Shown one piece after another: positions 33,258-47,181 of a stretch of 62,295 nucleotides of DNA. This DNA comes from Betaproteobacteria bacterium (lineage in GTDB: Bacteria; Pseudomonadota; Gammaproteobacteria; Burkholderiales; Casimicrobiaceae). The stretch covers positions 1-62,295 of the forward strand of contig JAGXBK010000001.1 of assembly GCA_018971195.1 (NCBI GenBank). The letters are read 5' to 3'. A model generated the notes under the pieces. It was given only the letters and a program-made list of their open reading frames with translations. It searched no databases and was not told where the DNA came from. How positions within the stretch are numbered: position 1 is the first letter of the stretch; each line of letters starts with the position of its first letter. Both the position numbers and the translations under genes were made by a program.

Positions 33258-33626
33258 GTGCCACCGCCGTTTTCCTTCAGGCCACTTCGCACCGCGCTGG
33301 TCTGGCAGGCGGTCGCGACGCTGGTCATCGCGGCCATCGCCGGCGCCTACGCGGGCGCGAACGGAGCGCTCTCGGCGGTGCTGGGAGGGGTGATCAACCT
33401 CACGGCGGGCGTCGTCTACGCGTTCGTGGCGAGGCTTTCGCCGTCGCGGACCCCGGGCGGGACGGTCGTGGGCGCGGTCCGGGCCGAAGCCGCGAAGATC
33501 ATCATGATCGTCGGTCAGTTGTGGCTGGTGCTCTCGACCTACCGCGACCTGGTGCTGCCCGCGCTGTTCGCAGCGTTCATCGTCACTGTCTTGCTGTTCC
33601 GCGTTGCCCTGTTCGTTCGCGATTGA
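33258..33626 (+). CDS. atpI: ATP synthase protein I
   Basis: Hydrophobic, ~4 TM segments, SAVLGG..., AEAAKI; first gene of the atp operon. Confidence 0.8.
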   Translation: MPPPFSFRPLRTALVWQAVATLVIAAIAGAYAGANGALSAVLGGVINLTAGVVYAFVARLSPSRTPGGTVVGAVRAEAAKIIMIVGQLWLVLSTYRDLVLPALFAAFIVTVLLFRVALFVRD

Positions 33627-33649
33627 TTGTTGTCCGACCGGAAACTCCG

Positions 33650-34450
33650 ATGGCTGCCACGTACGAGAACCCGACCGAGTACATCAACCACCACCTGTCG
33701 TTTTTCACGCAGCCGGTCGGCCCGGGAGGATTCTGGACCGTCAACGTCGACACGCTCCTGACCTCGGCGGTGATCGGGGTGCTGACCTTCGGTTTCCTGT
33801 GGCTGGTCACGCGCAAGGCGAGGGCCGGCGTGCCGTCGAGGACGCAGGCTTTCGTCGAGCTGGCCGTCGATTTCGTCCACGAGCAGGTCAAGAGCATCTA
33901 CAACGGCAGCTCGCGCATGGTCGCGCCGATCGCGCTGACGACCTTCGTGCTCGTGCTGGTCATGAACGCGATGGATTTCCTGCCGATCGATGTCGTGGCC
34001 ACCGGCCTGCACGCCGTCGGCTTCGACAAATACCGCTTCGTTCCGACCGCCGACGTCAACACGACGTTCGCGCTGGCGCTGTCGGTGTTCGGACTGATGA
34101 TCTTCTACAGCATCAAGGTGAAGGGCCTGGGTGGATGGATCCACGAGCTCTTCTGCGCGCCTTTCGGGTCGAACCCGCTCCTGTGGCCGTTCAACCTGCT
34201 GTTCAACCTCGTCGAGTACGTGTCGAAGCCGTTGTCGCATTCGTTGCGGCTCTTCGGCAACATGTACGCGGGCGAGCTGATCTTCCTGCTGATCGGCATG
34301 TGGGCGGCCACCGGCATCGTCGGCACCGTCTTCGGCGCGGTGCTGGATCTGGGCTGGTCGATCTTCCACATCCTGATCGTCGCCCTGCAGGCCTACATCT
34401 TCATGATGCTCACGGTCGTCTACATCGCGATGGCGCACGAGCATCACTGA
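33650..34450 (+). CDS. atpB: ATP synthase subunit a
   Basis: [46 protein letters not shown]. Confidence 0.98.
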   Translation: MAATYENPTEYINHHLSFFTQPVGPGGFWTVNVDTLLTSAVIGVLTFGFLWLVTRKARAGVPSRTQAFVELAVDFVHEQVKSIYNGSSRMVAPIALTTFVLVLVMNAMDFLPIDVVATGLHAVGFDKYRFVPTADVNTTFALALSVFGLMIFYSIKVKGLGGWIHELFCAPFGSNPLLWPFNLLFNLVEYVSKPLSHSLRLFGNMYAGELIFLLIGMWAATGIVGTVFGAVLDLGWSIFHILIVALQAYIFMMLTVVYIAMAHEHH

Positions 34451-34825
<375 letters not shown>

Positions 34826-34868
34826 CGCTCGCGGCGGCAGGCGCATCGATCTTCGAAAGAGTGCAGCG

Positions 34869-35339
34869 ATGAACATCAATCTCACCATGCTGATGCAGGC
34901 CGTCGGCTTCGGCCTGTTCATCTGGTTCACGGCGAAATTCATCTGGCCGCCGCTGACGCGCGCGGTGGAGACCCGCCAGAAGCAGATCGCCGACGGGCTC
35001 GCGGCGGGCGAGCAGGGCCGGCAGAGTCTCGCGAGCGCCGAGAAGCGCATCGCCGAGATGATCGCCGAGGCCAGGGCCAAGGCAGGAGAAATCGTCGCGA
35101 CCGGCGAGAAGTTCCGGTCCGAGACGATGGACCAGGCCAAGATCGACGCGCGCGCGGAAGGCGACCGGATTATCGCCGCCGCCAAGGCCGAGATCCAGCA
35201 GGAGGTCGCACGCGCGAAGGAGCAGCTGCGCAACCAGGTCGCCGACCTCGCGGTCGCGGGTGCCTCCAGGATCCTGAAGCGCGAAGTCGTGGCGAAGGAC
35301 CACGCCGAGCTTCTCGCGGCGATCCGCAGCGAGCTGTAA
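34869..35339 (+). CDS. atpF: ATP synthase subunit b
   Basis: MNINLT...KFIWPPL...RQKQIADGL. Confidence 0.97.
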   Translation: MNINLTMLMQAVGFGLFIWFTAKFIWPPLTRAVETRQKQIADGLAAGEQGRQSLASAEKRIAEMIAEARAKAGEIVATGEKFRSETMDQAKIDARAEGDRIIAAAKAEIQQEVARAKEQLRNQVADLAVAGASRILKREVVAKDHAELLAAIRSEL

Positions 35340-35352
35340 CGGACGCGACGAG

Positions 35353-35889
35353 ATGGCCGAGCTATCGACGATTGCGCGTCCTTACGCCGAAGCGGCGTTC
35401 GAGCTCGCGCGCGAGGAATCGGCGCTGGGAGCGTGGTCGCAAATGCTGCGCTTCGGTGCCACGATCGTGGGCGACGAGCGAGTCGCGGCGGCGCTGGACA
35501 ACCCCCGGCTCGACGCCTCCGCCAAGGAATCGCTGCTGCTGTCGATCGCGGGCGACCGCTTCGACGCACAGGCGCGGAATTTCATTCACGTGCTGGTCGC
35601 CGCAGACCGTGTCGCGCTGCTGCCGCAGATCTCGGCGCAGTTCGACGCACTGAAGGACGACGCCGAGGCGACGGCCAAGGCGACGATCGAATCCGCGTTC
35701 GAGCTTACCGACGCGCAGGTTGCCGAGCTCAAGGCGGCGCTGGAACGGCGGTTCGGCAGGAAGATCGAGGCGAGCGTCAGCGTCAACCCCGAGCTGATCG
35801 GCGGGGCACGCGTGACGGTCGGCGACGCGGTCATCGACGGGTCGGTGCAGGCGAAGCTCGACGCGATGTCGACGCAGCTTCGCGCCTAA
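35353..35889 (+). CDS. atpH: ATP synthase subunit delta
   Basis: [26 protein letters not shown]. Confidence 0.97.
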   Translation: MAELSTIARPYAEAAFELAREESALGAWSQMLRFGATIVGDERVAAALDNPRLDASAKESLLLSIAGDRFDAQARNFIHVLVAADRVALLPQISAQFDALKDDAEATAKATIESAFELTDAQVAELKAALERRFGRKIEASVSVNPELIGGARVTVGDAVIDGSVQAKLDAMSTQLRA

Positions 35890-35905
35890 CGACAGGGAAC
35901 ACATC

Positions 35906-37446
<1,541 letters not shown>

Positions 37447-37447
<1 letters not shown>

Positions 37448-37495
37448 TCAGGAATCAGGCATCAGAGGACAGGGATCGGTGACGTCGGCGTCACC
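37447..37495 (+). repeat. Degenerate 7-bp tandem repeat plus small hairpin between atpA and atpG
   Basis: ATCAGGA ATCAGGC ATCAGAG GACAGGG ATCGGTG; hairpin GGTGACG-TCGG-CGTCACC at 37478-37495. Confidence 0.55.
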
Positions 37496-37545
37496 TGCGG
37501 CGGCGCGTTGAGCGCCGGGTCGCGTGAGCGCAAGCGGAAAATACG

Positions 37546-38436
37546 ATGGCAGGCTCCAAAGAGATACGCAACAAGATCAAGAGCGTGCAGAGCACGCGCA
37601 AGATCACCAAGGCGATGGAGATGGTCGCGGCCTCGAAGATGAAGAAGGCCCAGGACCGGATGCGCGCCGGGCGGCCCTATGTCGAGCGTGCATTCGCCAT
37701 CGCGATGCACATCGGCAAGGCCAACACCGAGTACCGGCATCCGTTCCTCGTGAAGCGCGAGACCGTGAAGCGCGTCGGGGTGATCGTCGTCACGACGGAC
37801 AAAGGACTATGCGGCGGCCTGAATACCAACGTCCTGCGGCTTGCCACGCAACGCTTCAAGGAGTGGCGCGACGCCGCGATCGAGGTCGACTTCGTCGCCG
37901 TCGGCAGCAAGGGACTGGGCTTCCTCAACCGGATGGGAACGAACATCGTCTCCAGCGTCGTGCAACTCGGCGACCGGCCGCGGCTCGAGCGCCTGGTCGG
38001 AGCGGTCAAGGTGCTGATGGACGAGTACCTCGAGGGCCGGGTCGACGAGATTCACATCTTCTCGACCAATTTCGTCAACACGATGAAGCAGGAGCCGCGG
38101 CAGGTGCGCGTCGTGCCGGTTCCGGAGGAATACCGGACCGCGGCGGGCGAATTGCGGACGTCGGGCGTCTCCGACGGCGCATGGGACTACATCTACGAGC
38201 CCGATGCGCGCGAACTGCTCGATGGCATGATGCGGCGCTACATGGAGGCCGTCATCTTCCAGATGGTGAACGAGAACATCGCTTCCGAACAGTCGGCGCG
38301 GATGGTCGCGATGAAGGCGGCGTCCGACAACGCCGGCAAGATCATCGACGAGCTGCAGCTCATCTACAACAAGACGCGGCAGGCCGGCATCACCAAGGAA
38401 TTGTCGGAGATTGTCGGCGGCGCAGCCGCCGTTTAA
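37546..38436 (+). CDS. atpG: ATP synthase subunit gamma
   Basis: [41 protein letters not shown]. Confidence 0.99.
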   Translation: MAGSKEIRNKIKSVQSTRKITKAMEMVAASKMKKAQDRMRAGRPYVERAFAIAMHIGKANTEYRHPFLVKRETVKRVGVIVVTTDKGLCGGLNTNVLRLATQRFKEWRDAAIEVDFVAVGSKGLGFLNRMGTNIVSSVVQLGDRPRLERLVGAVKVLMDEYLEGRVDEIHIFSTNFVNTMKQEPRQVRVVPVPEEYRTAAGELRTSGVSDGAWDYIYEPDARELLDGMMRRYMEAVIFQMVNENIASEQSARMVAMKAASDNAGKIIDELQLIYNKTRQAGITKELSEIVGGAAAV

Positions 38437-39986
<1,550 letters not shown>

Positions 39987-40016
39987 GGGCGACGAGCCTC
40001 GCGGGAAACCTGATCC

Positions 40017-40439
40017 ATGGCCCACAGCATCCACGTCGACGTCGTCAGCGCCGAAGAGCAGATCTACTCCGGCGATGCGGAATTCGTCATTCTTCCCGGC
40101 ATAATGGGCGAGCTCGGGATCTATCCGCGGCACACGCCGCTGTTCACCCAGATCAAGGCCGGTTCGGTGCGCATCAAGCCCGCCGGCCCCGGCCCGGAGG
40201 AGCTGGTGTTCGTGCAGGGAGGCTATCTCGAGGTGCAGCCGAACCTGGTCACGGTGCTCGCCGATACGGCCATACGCGCCAAGGATCTCGACGAAAAGGC
40301 CGCGCTCGAAGCCAAGCGCACGGCCGAGGAAGCGATGCAGAACAAGACGTCGAAAGAAGAAATCGCCACCGCCGAGGCCGAGCTCGCCTCCGCCCTCGCG
40401 CAGCTCGAAGCGATTCGCAGGCTGCGTCACCGCGCGTAG
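40017..40439 (+). CDS. atpC: ATP synthase subunit epsilon
   Basis: [32 protein letters not shown]. Confidence 0.98.
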   Translation: MAHSIHVDVVSAEEQIYSGDAEFVILPGIMGELGIYPRHTPLFTQIKAGSVRIKPAGPGPEELVFVQGGYLEVQPNLVTVLADTAIRAKDLDEKAALEAKRTAEEAMQNKTSKEEIATAEAELASALAQLEAIRRLRHRA

Positions 40440-40637
40440 GCTCCGCCGCGGGTCGTCAGTCGGCCAGGCCCCTCTTCCCGAGGAACCGCGGCCACCGCGG
40501 GTCGCCGTGAAGATTGCGAAGCAGGGGCTCCTGGTTCATCTGCATCAGGCCCGCATCGTACCCCTCGTTCGTCTCCTCCCGACACGCGGCGAGCGCTTCC
40601 TGCAACCGGCGCGGCGCCGGGTTCGCTGGCTGGTATT

Positions 40638-40654
40638 ATGTTGCATTGCAACAT
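40638..40654. promoter_or_regulatory. Palindromic operator, PhaR-like TGC-N3-GCA site
   Basis: ATGTTGCA-T-TGCAACAT, 22 bp upstream of the DUF3141 ATG. Confidence 0.6.
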
Positions 40655-40676
40655 CGCCTTTGGCAAAGGTCTCCCG

Positions 40677-43052
40677 ATGCCCCAGTTGAACCAGACCATC
40701 GAACGTTCGCTGCAAATATCGCGCAATGTCGCCTCCCTCCTCGACCGTCGCGTCCGCAGCGCCAACGAAGCCTGGACCGACCGCGTGCGTCGCGCCCAGT
40801 CGGCATTCGTGCAGTCCGGCGTACCCGGCCACGGCATCAATCCGCAGCAACTGTGGCAGGACTGGTGGCAATACGGCGTCGATTTCGCGCAGCGCTCGAT
40901 CCTGTTCTGGGACACCCTGCGCGAACGCGGCAACAACTGGATCGCGCACGAGGAAGCGGGCAAGCCGCCGCTGCTCGCCTACAACTACGAAGTGATCGCG
41001 GACGGCCGCGGGTACGAGCGGCCGGTCAATTACGCCCTGCTGCGGATCATCCCGCCTAAGGGCGTCGACATCGACGACACGCTGCGCCCGTTCATCATCA
41101 TCGATCCGCGCGCGGGACACGGACCGGGGATCGGCGGCTTCAAGGAAGACTCGGAGGTCGGCGTTGCGCTGAAGGCCGGGCATCCGGTGTATTTCGTCGT
41201 GTTCTACCCGGACCCCGAGCCCGGCCAGACGCTCGCCGACATCACCGATGCCGAAGCCGAGTTCGTGCGCATCGTCGCGCTGCGCCACCCGCAGAGCGCG
41301 AAGCCGGTGCTGGTCGGGAATTGCCAGGGCGGCTGGGCAGTGATGATGCTCGCTGCCGCGCGCCCGGACATGACGGGACCGCTGGTCATCAATGGCGCGC
41401 CGATGTCGTACTGGGCCGGGAACGACGGCGACAACCCGATGCGCTACGCAGGCGGGCTGGTCGGCGGCGCTTGGGTGTCGCTGCTGGCGAGCGACCTCGG
41501 CGCCGGCACGTTCGACGGTGCGCACCTGGTCCAGAGCTTCGAGAACCTGAATCCGGCGAACACGTTCTGGGAGAAGTACTACCACCTGTTCGACGACGTC
41601 GACGACGAGGCGGAGCGCTTTCTCGAGTTCGAGCGCTGGTGGGGCGGCTTCTACATGATGAACGAGGAGGAGATTCGCTGGATCGTCAACAACCTGTTCG
41701 TCGGCAACAAGCTCGCGCAGGGCGAGGCGCGGCTGGGGCCCGGTCGCTATTTCGACCTCAAGTCGATCAAGCAGCCGATCATCGTGTTCGCGTCGATGGG
41801 CGACAACATCACGCCGCCGCAGCAGGCTTTCAACTGGATCAGCGACCTGTACTCCAGTACCGAGGAGATCAAGGCGAACGGTCAGACGATCGTCGGCCTG
41901 ATCCACGAGGACATCGGCCACCTGGGCATCTTCGTGTCGGGCAAGGTCGCGAAGAAGGAGCACACGCAGATCATCGAGGTTCTGAAATACATCCAGGCCC
42001 TCCCGCCGGGCCTCTACGGCATGGAGATCCACGAGAAGACGGCCAGGGACGGCAGCGTCGCGTACGACGTGACGCTGCACGAGCGGAAGCTCGAGCACCT
42101 GAAGCGCATGCAGAAATACGACCGCGTCGACGAAAAGCCTTTCGAGGCGGTGGCGGCGCTGTCGGAATTGACCGAGCGCGCCTACGAGCTGCTGGTGCGT
42201 CCCGCGGTGCGCGACGCGACGCCCGAATGGGCGGCGAGGCTGCTGCGCGACATGCATCCGCTGCGCGTGCAGCGCTGGGGATTCTCCGACCGTAACCCGT
42301 TGCTCGCCGGCCTTCCGGTCGCGGCGTCGATGGCGCGCGCCTGGCGCCGTCCGCGCGCCGCCGACAACGCCGGCCGCCGCGCCGAAAAGCTGTTCTCCGA
42401 ATGCGTCAGCGCAGCCTTCGATCTCTACCGCGACCTGCGCGACGCGACGCGCGAGGCGGCATTCTTCCAGGTCTACGGGAACATGCTGTCGCTGCAGATG
42501 GCAGACCAGCGTGCAGTGATCCGCCGGCAGACGCCGTTCGATGCGCGCGCGCTTCCCGCCGTGCGCCAGGTGCTCGACGAGATCGACCAGGGCGGACTGC
42601 CCGAAGCCGTCATTCGCACCGGCATGCTGATCGTCAAGGCGGGAGGCGGAAAGCGTAGCATCGCGCAGATGGAACACACGCGGCAGCTGCTGGCGCCCAC
42701 CGGGGTGCTGCGCGGCCTTTCCGAGGACGAGCTGCGCCGCCTGCTCCACGAGCAGACACTGGTCGTCGAATTCGAGTCGCTGCAGGCCAAGCGTTCGCTG
42801 GGCAAGCTGGTGCGCGGCGCCGGCGATCGCATCAAGCTCCACAAGGTCTTCGATTCGCTCGAGGCCGACGCAGGTCTCGACGCGCGGCAGCGCAACCTGC
42901 TCGGCGAGCTGCGCACGCTGGTGCCCCTGCCGATGACGCCGCCATCCGGGCGCGTCGCCGGCACCGCGCGCAAGCGCCCCGCTGGGGCCACGCGCAAGCC
43001 TGTCGCCGGTACCGCGCGCAAGCGCGTCGGATCGGCGAAGCGGCGGACCTGA
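40677..43052 (+). CDS. DUF3141-type PHA-synthase-like alpha/beta hydrolase with basic tail
   Basis: RPVNYALLRI, DPRAGHGPGIGGFK, lipase box GNCQGGW, GDNITPP, GHLGIFVS. Confidence 0.85.
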   Translation: MPQLNQTIERSLQISRNVASLLDRRVRSANEAWTDRVRRAQSAFVQSGVPGHGINPQQLWQDWWQYGVDFAQRSILFWDTLRERGNNWIAHEEAGKPPLLAYNYEVIADGRGYERPVNYALLRIIPPKGVDIDDTLRPFIIIDPRAGHGPGIGGFKEDSEVGVALKAGHPVYFVVFYPDPEPGQTLADITDAEAEFVRIVALRHPQSAKPVLVGNCQGGWAVMMLAAARPDMTGPLVINGAPMSYWAGNDGDNPMRYAGGLVGGAWVSLLASDLGAGTFDGAHLVQSFENLNPANTFWEKYYHLFDDVDDEAERFLEFERWWGGFYMMNEEEIRWIVNNLFVGNKLAQGEARLGPGRYFDLKSIKQPIIVFASMGDNITPPQQAFNWISDLYSSTEEIKANGQTIVGLIHEDIGHLGIFVSGKVAKKEHTQIIEVLKYIQALPPGLYGMEIHEKTARDGSVAYDVTLHERKLEHLKRMQKYDRVDEKPFEAVAALSELTERAYELLVRPAVRDATPEWAARLLRDMHPLRVQRWGFSDRNPLLAGLPVAASMARAWRRPRAADNAGRRAEKLFSECVSAAFDLYRDLRDATREAAFFQVYGNMLSLQMADQRAVIRRQTPFDARALPAVRQVLDEIDQGGLPEAVIRTGMLIVKAGGGKRSIAQMEHTRQLLAPTGVLRGLSEDELRRLLHEQTLVVEFESLQAKRSLGKLVRGAGDRIKLHKVFDSLEADAGLDARQRNLLGELRTLVPLPMTPPSGRVAGTARKRPAGATRKPVAGTARKRVGSAKRRT

Positions 43053-43065
43053 CGCGACGGAAGCG

Positions 43066-44319
43066 ATGCGCGACGCGATCCTGGTCGTCAACGCCGGCTC
43101 CTCGAGCGTCAAGTTCTCGCTGTTCGACATCGAGGGCGACACGCTCGCGCTGGCGCTGCGTGGCGAGATCGAGGGCATCGGCACCGCGCCGCGGCTCGCC
43201 CTGCACGGCGCGCAGGCTGCGCTGATCCGGGAGCGCGGCTTCGCCGCGCCCGAGGACCTCGATCACGCCGGCGCGATCGGGCTGCTGCTCGAGCTCGTCG
43301 AAGCCGGTGCGCCGAACAGGCACCTGGCCGCGGTCGGGCATCGCGTCGTCCACGGTGGAACGCGCTTCGCCGCGCCGGTGGTGGTCGATGCCGACGTCGA
43401 GGCAGCGCTCCTCGACCTCGTGCCCCTCGCCCCGCTGCACCAGCCGCACAATCTGGCGCCGATACGCGTGCTGCGTGTACGCCTGCCCGGACTGCCCCAG
43501 GTTGCGTGCTTCGACACGGCGTTCCACCGCACGCAGCCTGCGTTGGCGCAGGCTTTCGGGCTGCCGCCGGAGATCACCGACCGCGGCGTGCGCCGCTACG
43601 GATTTCACGGACTGTCGTACGAATACGTGGCGTCGAGGCTGCCCGGGCTCGACCCGCGCGCCGCGGGCGGCCGCGTCGTCGTTGCGCACCTTGGCAACGG
43701 CGCATCGATGTGCGCGCTTCACGAGCGCAGGAGCATCGCGACCACGATGGGATTCACCGCCCTCGACGGCCTGATGATGGGCACGCGGCCGGGGGTCCTC
43801 GACCCGGGAGTCGTGCTCTGGCTGCAGTCCGAGCTCGCGCTCGATGCGAGCGCTCTGGCGCGCCTGCTCTATCACCAGTCCGGCCTGCTCGGCGTATCGG
43901 GAATCTCCTCGGACATGCGCACGCTGCTCGCCTCGCGCGAGCCGCGTGCGGTGCTCGCGGTCGACCTCTTCTGCTACCGCGCGCTGCGGGAGCTGGGGTC
44001 GCTCGTGGCCGCGCTCGGCGGCATCGACGCGCTGGTGTTCACCGGCGGTATCGGCGAGCACGCCGCGGAAATCCGCGCGCGAATCGTCGAAGGCGCCGCC
44101 TGGCTCGGCTTTGCGCTCGACGCGGACGCGAACGCGCGGCATGCAACACGGCTGACGCTCATGGATTCGCCCGCGGCCGCCTACGTCGTGCCGACCGACG
44201 AAGCACTGATGATCGCGCGCCATACTCGCGCGCTGACGGCCCGCCAGGATTCGCCGCAGCAGGTTCGCGGCGTCGGCGCGGGAATGCCGCGGGAAACACC
44301 TCGGGGCACGCCGGAGTAG
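43066..44319 (+). CDS. ackA: Acetate/propionate kinase
   Basis: [53 protein letters not shown]. Confidence 0.93.
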   Translation: MRDAILVVNAGSSSVKFSLFDIEGDTLALALRGEIEGIGTAPRLALHGAQAALIRERGFAAPEDLDHAGAIGLLLELVEAGAPNRHLAAVGHRVVHGGTRFAAPVVVDADVEAALLDLVPLAPLHQPHNLAPIRVLRVRLPGLPQVACFDTAFHRTQPALAQAFGLPPEITDRGVRRYGFHGLSYEYVASRLPGLDPRAAGGRVVVAHLGNGASMCALHERRSIATTMGFTALDGLMMGTRPGVLDPGVVLWLQSELALDASALARLLYHQSGLLGVSGISSDMRTLLASREPRAVLAVDLFCYRALRELGSLVAALGGIDALVFTGGIGEHAAEIRARIVEGAAWLGFALDADANARHATRLTLMDSPAAAYVVPTDEALMIARHTRALTARQDSPQQVRGVGAGMPRETPRGTPE

Positions 44320-44320
44320 C

Positions 44321-45748
44321 ATGGCGGACATGGGCAACGAATCGCCGGCGCGCCCCGCCGAGCGCATCGAAAAGGATGCGCTGGGCGAGGTGCGCGTCCC
44401 CGCCGACCGGCTGTGGGGCGCGCAGACCGAGCGCTCGATCCACAATTTCCCGATCGGCGTCGACCGCTTCCGCTGGGGGCGGCCGGTGATCCGGGCCTTC
44501 GGCGTACTGAAGAAATGCGCGGCGCTCGCCAACGGCGCGTTGGGCGAGCTGCCCGCCGACAAGGTCGCGCTGATCGAGCGCGCCGCGCAGGAAGTGATCG
44601 ACGGAAAGCTCGACGCCGAATTCCCGCTGGTCGTTTTCCAGACCGGGTCGGGGACGCAATCGAACATGAACGCGAACGAGGTGATCGCCAATCGAGCGAT
44701 CCAGCTCGCCGGCGGCATCGTCGGTTCGAAGAAGCCGATCCACCCCAACGACGACGTCAACCGCGGCCAGTCATCGAACGACACGTTTCCGGCCGTGATG
44801 CACATCGCCGCCGTCGCCCTGCTCGATCATCGCCTGCTGCCCGCCCTCGAGCGCCTGCGCGCGACACTCGACGCCAAAGCGCAGGCTTTCGCCGACATCG
44901 TGATGACCGGGCGTACGCACCTGCAGGACGCGACGCCGATCACGCTCGGGCAGGCGATCTCGGGCTGGGTCGCGCAGCTCGATGACGCGCGCTCGACGAT
45001 CGGCTACGCGCGCGCGGGCCTGATGCCGCTGGCGCTGGGCGGCACCGCGGTCGGCACCGGCCTCAATGCGCACCCGCGCTTCGGCGACACGGTGGCTGCC
45101 GCGATCGCGGGCGAGACCGGCGTTCCTTTCGTATCGGCGCCAAACAAGTTCGCCGCGCTGTCGGCCCACGACGCGATCGTCAACCTCAGCGCCGCGCTGC
45201 GCACCCTCGGCGGCGCGCTGATGAAAATCGCCAACGACGTGCGCTGGCACGCGAGCGGCCCGCGCGCCGGCCTCGGCGAGATCACGATCCCGGACAACGA
45301 GCCGGGCTCGTCGATCATGCCGGGCAAGATCAACCCGACGCAATGCGAAGCGCTGACGATGGTCGCCGTGCGCGTGTTCGGAAACGACGCCGCCGTCGCG
45401 TTCGCGGGCAGCCAGGGCAACTTCCAGCTCAACGTCTACAAGCCGGTGATGCTGCACGGCGCGCTCGAATCGATCGAGCTGCTGGCGGACGCGATCGATT
45501 CGTTCGACCAGCGCTGCGCTCAAGGCATCGAGCCCGACCTCGCGCGCATCCGGCAGAACGTCGAGCGCTCGCTGATGCTCGTCACCGCCCTCAACCCGCA
45601 CATCGGCTACGAGAATGCCGCGAAGATCGCGCTGACCGCGCACCGAAAAGGCATGAGCCTGCGCGATGCCGCGCTCGAGCTGGGGCTCGTCAGCGCCGAG
45701 GATTTCGATCGCTGGGTGGACCCCGCCACCATGACGCGCCCCGGCTGA
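44321..45748 (+). CDS. fumC: Fumarate hydratase class II
   Basis: [39 protein letters not shown]. Confidence 0.97.
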   Translation: MADMGNESPARPAERIEKDALGEVRVPADRLWGAQTERSIHNFPIGVDRFRWGRPVIRAFGVLKKCAALANGALGELPADKVALIERAAQEVIDGKLDAEFPLVVFQTGSGTQSNMNANEVIANRAIQLAGGIVGSKKPIHPNDDVNRGQSSNDTFPAVMHIAAVALLDHRLLPALERLRATLDAKAQAFADIVMTGRTHLQDATPITLGQAISGWVAQLDDARSTIGYARAGLMPLALGGTAVGTGLNAHPRFGDTVAAAIAGETGVPFVSAPNKFAALSAHDAIVNLSAALRTLGGALMKIANDVRWHASGPRAGLGEITIPDNEPGSSIMPGKINPTQCEALTMVAVRVFGNDAAVAFAGSQGNFQLNVYKPVMLHGALESIELLADAIDSFDQRCAQGIEPDLARIRQNVERSLMLVTALNPHIGYENAAKIALTAHRKGMSLRDAALELGLVSAEDFDRWVDPATMTRPG

Positions 45749-45798
45749 AAAACAGGGACGCACCACGTTTTAAAACGTGGTGCGTCCCTGTTTTTCAG
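45745..45798. repeat. REP-like perfect 54-bp palindrome (may act as a bidirectional terminator)
   Basis: CTGAAAAACAGGGACGCACCACGTTTT|AAAACGTGGTGCGTCCCTGTTTTTCAG between convergent genes. Confidence 0.9.
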
Positions 45799-45802
45799 GT
45801 TC

Positions 45803-47032
45803 TCAGGCGGGCTGGGCCCGGGTTCCGCCCAGCAGATAGTCGATCAGGTCGCGCACCGGTCGGATCTGCGACCCGAACGGCAGCGCCGCTGCGCCGCGGA
45901 AAAACAATCCTTTCATGACATCACCGCGCAGTGCGGCGGCGAGCTGGGTGTCGATGCAGAACTGGCCGATGCTCTCGACGCCGTCGCGCAGGCCGCACTG
46001 GATCAGGCAATCGAAGTGCAGCGTGCAGCGCGGCTTGCGTCGCGCGACGGCCTGCATCCGCGGCAGGTGACGCAGGTAGTTGTCGAGCCAGGGCGTGCGC
46101 ACCGCGCGCGCCGGCAGACCGGCGACGCTCATGAACTCGACGATGTCCTCGGGCCCAGCGCCGGCGAGCACTGCTTTGAATCCAGGGGCGGCATCGCCTT
46201 CCTCGGTCACGGCGAACGCCGTGCCGAGCTGCACGCCGCGCGCACCCAGCGCGAACAGCTCGCGCACCCGCGCCGGCGAGTTGATTCCCCCGGCCGGTAT
46301 CAGCGGGATCGCATCGTCGGCGATGCCCGCACTGCGGAAGAACGCCAGTGCGGCGGGAATCACCACTTCGAAATCGAAGCGCGGATCATCGAGCCCCTCC
46401 ACGCGGGAGGCGCCGAGGTGGCCGCCGGCAAAGCGCGGATGCTCGACGATGATCGCATCGGGCAGGCGCTTCTTGCGCATCCACTTCTTGACGATGAGCT
46501 CGATGCCCCGGGCGTCGGAAAGGATCGGGATCAGCGCGACATCGGGATGCCCGGCCGCGAGGTCCGGAAGGTCGAGCGGCAGGCCGGCGCCCACGACGAT
46601 CGCGTCGATGCCGCTGGTCAGGGCCTGACGAATGTAAGCGGCATATTCGGACACCGCGCGCATGACGTTCACTGCGAGCATGCCGTTGCCCGCCGCCAGT
46701 TCGCGGGCCGCGACGATCTCGCGATCCAGCGCGCGCAGGTTGGCGCGGTCGATCGCGGCGCCGTCGCGGCAATGCGCCGTTTCGCGCATGAGGTCGGGAT
46801 GATGGCGGCGCAGGTCGACCGCCGAGATCGTTCCCATGGCGCCGAGCCGCGCGACATTGCCGGCCAGGCGATGGGCGGAAACGCCGATCCCCATGCCGCC
46901 CTGGACGACAGGCAGTAGGGCGCGACCCCGGATCAGCAGTGGGGGCAAATCGCCGGGCGTGTCGGCGTCAGGTCGTGGCAAGGGGGCCTTTGCGCGCGCG
47001 CGGAAAAGATGCGGAAGCAGTGGGGGAAACAA
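45803..47032 (-). CDS. Nitronate-monooxygenase-family FMN protein, FabX/UfaA-like with C-terminal 4-Cys motif (start uncertain, TTG)
   Basis: VVQGGMGIGVS, GAGLP, EHPRFAGGHLG, AGGI, VQLGTAF, SVAGLPARAV, C-x5-C-x3-C-x12-C. Confidence 0.85.
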   Translation of the reverse strand: MFPPLLPHLFRARAKAPLPRPDADTPGDLPPLLIRGRALLPVVQGGMGIGVSAHRLAGNVARLGAMGTISAVDLRRHHPDLMRETAHCRDGAAIDRANLRALDREIVAARELAAGNGMLAVNVMRAVSEYAAYIRQALTSGIDAIVVGAGLPLDLPDLAAGHPDVALIPILSDARGIELIVKKWMRKKRLPDAIIVEHPRFAGGHLGASRVEGLDDPRFDFEVVIPAALAFFRSAGIADDAIPLIPAGGINSPARVRELFALGARGVQLGTAFAVTEEGDAAPGFKAVLAGAGPEDIVEFMSVAGLPARAVRTPWLDNYLRHLPRMQAVARRKPRCTLHFDCLIQCGLRDGVESIGQFCIDTQLAAALRGDVMKGLFFRGAAALPFGSQIRPVRDLIDYLLGGTRAQPA

Positions 47033-47117
47033 CCGCTGCGGGCGCGACCAGGCACCATGCCGCCGCGAAAAACCGGAAGGTCATCGCAAATAATGGCGGC
47101 AATCCGCGAGGAAGGCC

Positions 47118-47131
47118 TTGATTGAAATCAA
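47118..47131. promoter_or_regulatory. FNR/ANR box
   Basis: TTGAT-TGAA-ATCAA, perfect consensus; TAAAAT -10 element at 47154-47159 fits class II spacing. Confidence 0.88.
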
Positions 47132-47181
47132 CGCACCGACGAATTTCAGGCAATAAAATTGACATTCGCTTTTCCCCTGAA

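Noticed and set aside
40465-40535. Imperfect stem CCAGGCCCCTCTTC / GAAGCAGGGGCTCCTGG after atpC
   Set aside because: It is bulged, has no U-tract or known motif, and is plausible by chance at this GC content.
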